From: the human T2T-CHM13v2.0 reference genome, Homo sapiens
DNA: 64,000 bases
Direction: 5' to 3' (one strand)
NCBI RefSeq assembly: GCF_009914755.1
Contig: NC_060947.1
Made by a program: the position numbers and the translations under genes. Each line of letters starts with the position of its first letter. The first letter of the stretch is position 1. Below the pieces are notes generated by a model. It ran no database searches, was not told the origin of the DNA, and worked only from the letters and a program-made list of their open reading frames with translations. Below are positions 55,391 to 64,000 of the stretch, one piece after another.

Positions 55391-55502
55391 GAGGAAAAGG
55401 AAATATTGTAGATGATTTTCTCAGACCATAAGCAGTAGTCATTTTTTTCTAGGATGATGATTATGGACTAAACATTTTTTCTTCTAGAAATTTAAGGACT
55501 TA

Positions 55503-55623
55503 TTTTTTGAGACAGGGTCTTGCTATGTTGCCCTGTTTCATATTGAACACCTAGACTCAAGCAATCCTTCCTCCTTGGCTTTCTGAGTAGCTAGAATTAC
55601 ATGCACATGCCACCATTTCTAGC
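55503..55623 (-). mobile_element. FLAM (Alu monomer)
   Basis: gagacagggtcttgctatgttgccc...ctcaagcaatcct; a single monomer. Confidence 0.75.
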
Positions 55624-55959
55624 TTCAATCTAAGAAACTTTTATCACAAAGACTGATAGAAATAGAATGCCATTAGCCTATTTATTTTCCCTACATAACA
55701 TAGTCTTAATTATTTTAGTTTTATAGTAAGTTTTAATTACTGGTAGGGCAAAACATGCATATTTTCTTTATAAGAATTTATTATTTTGGCTATTTGTATG
55801 ACCATATACATTGGAATCATCTTGCCAATTTTTAAAATCTGTACCTTTGGGAATTTATTCTAATAGTAATAAATCTGTAGACCGATTTGGGTAGAATTGA
55901 TATCTTTACAATATTAATTATTTCCATTAGCGAACAAGGTGTATATGTACAGTTATTCT

Positions 55960-58275
55960 AAACTTAGTCTTCTGTAGATAGCACCTACTTGAATCAGGTT
56001 TTTCAAATTTATTTCACCAATCTTTGCCTCTCATTTTGTGAGTTTAATTAATTTTAAACTCACAAAAGTTTAAGTAATTTAATTACTGATTATGAAGAAC
56101 TTACTTTTTAATTTGTTTTCCCTTGTATTTTTATTTTTCAATATTTCTTTTTCTGGCATTGCCTTCCGTTGTGTTTAGTGGATTTTTTGTTGTAACTTGT
56201 TTTCATTCCCTTCACATTTTTGTGTGTATATTGTATATACACTTTCTTTATGGTTATGATAGGGATTACATATAACAACCTAAAGTTATAAAAAATCTAT
56301 TTTAAGTTGATATAAATTTAAACTCAATTGCATACTAAATCTCTATTTCTTTCCAGATGTATTCTCACTTTATCTTATTGATGTCACCAACAACATTTTT
56401 ATATATTATGTCTCCATTAACATATATTTATGATTATTTTATGAATTTATCTTTTAAATAATATGGAAAAAGTCAAGTTGCAAAGCAAAATTACAAATAA
56501 TACTGGGGTTTAAATTTGTTCATGTATTAACATTTACCAAAGATCTTTATATTTTCATATGGCTTTGAGTTGTCTAGTTTCTTTTTATTTCATCTTGATG
56601 GACTCCCTGTAATATTTCTTTAGGGTAGGTCTAGTGGTAATAAACTTCGTAAGCTTTTGTTTATCTATGAATGTCTTTGTACTTTCCTCATTTTTGAAAA
56701 ACAGTTTTGTCAGATATAGAAATCTCTGATGATAGTTTTTTGTTTCTTTGTTTGTTTTTTAAGCGCATCAATTGCCTTCTTGCCCCCATGGTTTCTTCTG
56801 GGAAAACCCACCGTTAATCTTATTGAGGATCTCTCGTAAGTGACAAGTTGTTTTTCTCTTGCTGTTTTCAAGATTCTTTCTTGTCTTTAGCTTTTGACAG
56901 TTTGATTATTATGTGTCTGAGTGTGCATCTTTTCGGGTTATCCTACTGGTAGTTTTTGAGCTTCTTGTATTTGTATACTCATGTTTTTCATCAAATTTTG
57001 ACGTTTTCAGCCTTTATTTTTAAAAATCAATTTCTGTGTCGCCTTTCTCTAATTTCCTCTTTCTCTGGATTTCCCATGATGCATATATTAATCATCTTGA
57101 TGGCGTTTCAGTCCCTTAAGCTCTGATACCTTTTCTTTATTTTTTTTTGTTCCTTAGACTCAATAATTTCATTTGACCTGTCTTCAAGTTTGCTAATTCT
57201 TTCTTCTGCCCATTTGAATCTGTTGTTAAACACCTCTAATATTTTTAAAATTCTGTTATGCTATTTATTCAGCTCCAGAAGTTTCATCTAGTACCTTTTA
57301 ATAAATAATTCCCATCTCTTGGTTTACATTATTATTTTGTTCATTTATCGTTTTCTTTATTTCCTTTAACTTTTTGTCCATTTCCATGGCTTTATATAGT
57401 TCTTTGTGCATATTTTAGATATGTGTTTTAAATTATCATAAGTTTGATACCTGTACTTTTTCAGATAATATTTCTGACAATTTATTTTCTTCCTTTGAAT
57501 TGGACACTTTTTCCTGTTTCTTTGTACGCCCGTTAATTTTTTTTGTCTTCGTTGTTGTTAACAATTGGACATTGAAAAAAAACAACTTCCTTTCTCAGTT
57601 TTTGAAGACTTGTTCTGTGCTTCACGAATTAACTGGGTGTAGTATGATCCTTGGCATCAGTCAGGTGTGAAAGCTTAAGTCTTCTCAGAACTTTCCTGAG
57701 CATGTATTTTGCCTAAGCCTGTGTATGTCTTTTTCTTTTTATTTCACCTGTAGATATGGTTGCTTTGTAATGTTTTAATTTCCCAAGGAGTCTAATTCTA
57801 GCTTTTTTGGATTCCTTAGGAGGTTTACTGTAGATCTCCACCTGCAATCCCTTGCCCCAGAAATTTGAAGGACTTATGCTCTATGCAGTTTTATGAGTAT
57901 TGCTTGCTGCTTCTCTCTATCTGAGATCTCAGTTAGGCAGACCAGAAACTAGTCCATCAGACATCCCTCATAAATAAAGTCTGCTCTGCTCCCTACTGCT
58001 TGATGGAGTTAATTTGGAACTGAGATTTAGCTTCCTATTGAACAAGACTGTTTCATGCTATGGGGGGTGTGGGGTATGGGTGAGTAAAAATGCCATAAAC
58101 TTTTCTACCATTTTGAATGTAGCTTTTTCTTATTTGGGCATTTGCTGGTTTGCTGTAAATGTTTAACTTCCCAGAGGTTTAGCATAAGACTATTTTATCT
58201 AATCTGTCTTCCTTTTTAAACATGTTTGTGGAGGAAGAAGGGCCAGGAGCTTCCTAGTCCACCATTTTCTGCTAT
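55960..58275 (-). mobile_element. Old L1M inter-ORF region, ORF1 and 5' region
   Basis: tttctcttgctgttttcaagattctt and gacctgtcttcaagtttgctaattctttcttctg are antisense ORF1. Confidence 0.7.
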
Positions 58276-60699
58276 CACTGTTGCCTCTCAGCTTTAATTT
58301 TGGCAGACCACAAATGTATAGTTAGATTCAATTATCAAACTCACATAAATGCTAGCTTGTGTTTGAGAACCCTCAGGAGATTTTGTTCCCCTTTCCACAA
58401 AGAGCCAAGTGTAAGATATGCAGGTGGTTCAGACTATTTTCCTCAGTTGGAAATGTATTTTTTTCTTATTAAATCAAACTCTAAGTGTGTGGCCTTTAGA
58501 TACAGCTGCTTCATGTGGAGCCCTCAATTCAACTTCCCACCCTACTTGGGCCCTGGGCTCTGTCTCTTCTCCTCTACTTCTAACCCATTAAAACCAGGGT
58601 TTGATACATGATACCAAAACAACTCTGGATCTCAATGTACCTTTTGCATTTCATACTTTCTTGTTATTTTTTCCCCACTAATAATGCTCCTTATTTTCCT
58701 GATATTTCTATATTTAACTTTTAAAATATGTTTTATCAGTATTTTAGTTGATTGGTAAAAGGATGTATTTTGCAAAACCTGTAGTATATCATATTGCCAC
58801 ATGTCTAATTCCTTCATAATTCACTTTCATCATTTGCTCTTTACAGGCTATTGACCACAGATATGTTGATCTTATCTTCTGTAGTTATTCTCTAGAAAAC
58901 ATATTAATTTACACAGTATCAAGTACTAGATCTTTGGTAATGAACTTTTCTACATTTTGGTACTCAAGATATAGGTTCTAAAATTTTTAATTTGTGAAAA
59001 TGTTGAAATTATAGAAGTTTATAAAATGTTTAAAAATAAAATGTTTAATTTCTTGACTGTCAAACACCTTATTTTGGACTTTTAGCCACTGTTCAATTGG
59101 GCTTACCAAATTTCTTTTCCTTTGGATATTTTATTTCTTGGGATATTAAGATAATTATGGAGCTACAGGGTTGGGTATGAATAAAGAAATATTTGATATA
59201 CAATTGCAAATAAAATGGAACAGAAAAGAACCTATAAGATAAAAGAGGCTAAATGCTGGGTAGATTACAGGACATAAGTCCTAGAGATAAATATTAATGT
59301 ATAAGTAAATAGGAGAAAGGAGATGAAAATGAGAGTACAAACAGAAAACAGCAGAAAATAGCACTAGATAGTGTTGATGAAGGGAGGGATAGATGTGAGT
59401 GTTGTAGAATAGGTCTGGGTCTTCTGGATACAAGTAAAAAAGCAGGTTTGTCTTAAATATCCTCTCTCTCAAATTCATCCTCTTTCTTGTGATAGCATCT
59501 TTCCAGAAAAGAAAATGAAAATGGTATTAGTCAGTTGTGGAACTTGTGAGGTTTCTTAAACTAATAATGAAAACTCAATGCACAAATTTCATAAACTTAT
59601 ACATATCAATTTCCTTATTCTTAGGTATGGGGTGGATACTATATTGTAAATATCACATCTATTACTTTTTGTCTCTGGCTTAACCTGAGCCATGAAATGC
59701 AAGAAAAGTAGAAAATGAAAATAAAACTATATTACCCATAAAGATATTGCCTTTGACACATTTTCACATTCCATTAACTATATATCACTTTTTATGTTAA
59801 TTAGACCTTTATTAATCAGTATTATGACTTTTCATGGGTTTTCTGTGTAGCACAATTTGGGACATTTTGAATTTGCTATATGTACCAGGTCTTTTCTTTC
59901 TACAGTTACTAAAGCACTGACCATAGTTCAGTTTTATAAGAAGTTACAAATGGTTGAATACCTTTTAAAGGAAAGCACATTTATAGAATGAAACATAGCT
60001 TTTGAAAAACTCAGCTTTATTTTCAAAAGCTTTTTTAAAAATGAATGATTTTTTTGCCCAAAATGAAATCAATAGCTTCATGAAAGAGTGCGATTTGAAA
60101 GATATCAAAGTACAAACTGATTCTGTGACACCACCTGTTCTAGATTTTGAGTTACAGGTAATAGTGTACATTTTTAAAAAACTCAGTAATCACCCTTTTA
60201 TTGTTTCAACTTTGTCTCCTCTTGTCATTTTGTCTTTATTCATTTATCATGCTTCTGTTATAAAAAATTTTCTGACAGTTTACCACTTTCATCAAATATA
60301 TGGTATGTGATATGAAAGTTCAAGTAAGGCACTTTGGTCATTTAAATTTTCTAGCTCTGAGTAATACTTGGAAAATAAATAATATTGACAAAATTTATTT
60401 CACTTTTAGGATACTAACTTTAAACTCATGAGGTATTTATAACTTGAAAATAGGTAAGTAAACCTCTTTTAACAGAGAGTATGAAGCACAGCTCCAAAGT
60501 GTATAATGCCAAAAAAGTTAAGGAAGACAATAATCTGTGACATCTTGTGATAACTGACAAAATCATATTGATCAAATAAAGTCAAATGGTTGATCAGTTT
60601 TCTGTAGTGTAACAAAGAAAATTTTCTAGCTGTATGACCATTAGGTGTTTGAAGACACATTTTTAAAATATTTCAGTTTAAAAGTATCTTATCTTATGC

Positions 60700-61566
<867 letters not shown>

Positions 61567-62274
61567 GAAAAACCTTACTGGCAGTTATTGAAGGGTTATA
61601 TATAAATTAACATGTAAGATTCAATTCACAAACTTCCCCAAAGTTGGAACATGTTACCATATTTTCCAGGTCCTCTTAAAGTCTAGAGCTTTTCAGTATA
61701 CTTGGCCTGTGTAGAGGAAAGTGTTAGCAATTCCTATAGGATATAAAATGATACTTGAATAAATGTCAGGACAAGAAATGTACAGCTAAAGACAGGTTTG
61801 TGAATAAATACATACATGTGATACAAATGTATCTAATTACGATGTATCTCAATTGGTAACAAATCGTCTTGAATGGAATTGGCAAAGACTAATGATAGGA
61901 CACTTATTTTTGGTCACATTCTTTGGTATCATTTACATATTTAAAGAGCATGTACCTGTGTATAAAAGAGTAAAATCCTTAGAAAAGAATAAATGTAATT
62001 TGTATTATATTTTTAAAAGTCTAGGGCTTTAATAAATGTTACTTTGGAGAAGAACTGAGCAGAAGCGTGGTTAATATATTTAAATTTTTAGTAAATATAT
62101 TAACCATGTGGACTCTTTGAAAGTGGTATTTACTTGGTAATCTCTTTGCATCTCTACTGCCTAGTATAGCACAATAAGTATTTACTGCATTAAATTTCAA
62201 TGACTTAAGATATAACTTTCATGATAGTAAATTCTAGATTTCATCCTCAATATTTGTTTCAATATGAACAATTA

Positions 62275-62530
62275 ATAATAATAAAAGCTACTATGTATCA
62301 AGTGCTTGTTATATGCCATGCAACCCATTAAGTAGTAAACACAAAATTAAGTCATTTGAGACCACATAATTATAAAATGAATATTGTAATATCTGCTTTA
62401 CAGATGTGGTAACTGGTGTTCAGTAATTTTAAATAATTTGTTTCAGATAACATAGCTGGTAAGTAGCAGACCAGGATTTGTTTTTTTTTGTCTGACCCCA
62501 TGCCAAAGCCTTTAACAACTATACCACCTG
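62275..62530 (-). mobile_element. MIR SINE
   Basis: tttacagatgtggtaactg...acatagctggtaagtagcagaccaggatttg. Confidence 0.8.
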
Positions 62531-64000
62531 GCTCCAAAGTCTTAAGCAGTTGTCAAATTGTCTTTATACCAAATGGCAAAAGCAAAGCAAGCAAAACCAA
62601 AACACTTATGGACCCAAGAAGATAATTAGAAAGATAGATAATAAGGATGGACCAGAATATCCAGGGAAGATTGTAAAGGGGAAATATTTTTACTAAAGAA
62701 AAAATCATGAGTATACAATATGAGAAACCAAATATAACTCAAATCAGATTTGTTGTCTTGCCTTCTGGAATACAAAATATTACATAGACAATATCTTGGA
62801 TTACATATAAGGACATAAAATACCTCAATTTCAGAATTAGATGTTAAAATAAAATTTAAAGTAAAATAGTCATGACTCTCATAAAACACAACAGATTTTA
62901 CTCAAGAGTTACCTAGGGATATAACACATTTTGGTGACATATGTTAGGCTGTGTACACTGAACCAACATTTACAATAAAATACAACTCTCTTAAAAATAG
63001 GCTGTGCCAGATTCCCCCATGAGACTTCTAAAGATTCTGTTATTGAATTTGCATAATTGCTTGACAATATTTTTAAATTAAAAAAAAAAACAAGACTTTA
63101 AAAATGTGATTTTCAACTGGGTCATTGCAAATCTGCATGACAGCAAAGACCGGATTGATAGTCTCAATGATTTTTACAAACTGATTAAAGTCATAGTAAT
63201 GTCAGATACTAGAAAATGTTGACCTCAATAATTAATTTCTCCAATATGTTTTGCTTCTTGGAAATGAAGGTAGAATCATTTGGATGCAGTTAGTTTGCTG
63301 CTTCAAAATCTGGGTCTGTATCCTCTTGTGACAATTCTCCTCTTTGTTGAACCAATTCCTCTTAATGTAACTTCTCTGATCCTTCAAGGAGTGATCTATG
63401 TTTAAGAATATACTTTGGAAATAAAGTTGAAAATGATTGAGATCATATATCAGTATTCAATAGAGAAACGCTATATAAAAATATTTCCATCAGTAATTCA
63501 GATTTGACCATTGTCGTATTATTTAGTGAACTGAGTTTGATTTATTGACCAAGAAGAAACAACCCATATCAGGATGAGCTGTGTGTACTTGGGGATACAG
63601 GAAGAGAATGTGGATCCAATTTGTTTTAAGTTTTACATGAAAATAAAGATCTACTAGACTATTAGACAATGGCCAATATCCTATGCGCTATGAAACCTGA
63701 GTTAGGAAATCATATCTGTCTTCTGGGATATATTCAACAATGTCAACTATAAGCCAATTCCAATTGCAAAACCAAGGTTCATTCAAATCAATACTACCAT
63801 GATAATCATTCAGGGAAAGATTGAGATCTTTTTATAACCACAATGTAGAGAAAATAGAATGATTATCCATAAACAATATGGTCATAATTATACATCAAAA
63901 AATGCTGGAATATAATTTGAAATGATGCAGCATTTTTTCTGGACGTCCTGAGGAGTTAAAACTTCTAAATGATACGGATAAGGATACACAGAGAAGCAAG

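Noticed and set aside
62900-64000. Apparently unique terminal region as a possible coding or pseudogene segment
   Set aside because: No ORF of 60 aa or more and no recognisable homology by eye. A tBLASTx or conservation check would be needed.

Overview
Primate (human-like) AT-rich, gene-poor genomic DNA made almost entirely of nested transposable elements. L1s of many ages dominate, alongside full-length THE1 and MSTA MaLR elements, solo LTRs (MER41B, MST, MLT1), two LTR-less ERVL internal fragments, five Alus and a FLAM, MIR, L2 and L3 remnants, a half MADE1 and simple repeats. I see no supportable cellular protein-coding gene, RNA gene, CRISPR array or novel multi-gene system. The longest ORFs are L1 ORF1/ORF2 remnants, and the rest are repeat-derived or chance ORFs. 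What the repeat annotation does not explain is a set of small rearrangement scars: two short local templated duplications copied 1.6-2.3 kb away, a fold-back inverted duplication and a 20-bp micro-inversion. There are also three twin-priming L1 inversions, L1 breakpoints that recur at the same two ORF2 positions in independent copies, a young CpG-retaining 34-bp VNTR, and a MER41B LTR with both STAT1 GAS motifs intact. Subfamily names and boundaries of old elements are by-eye calls from remembered consensus sequences and need RepeatMasker/Dfam confirmation.
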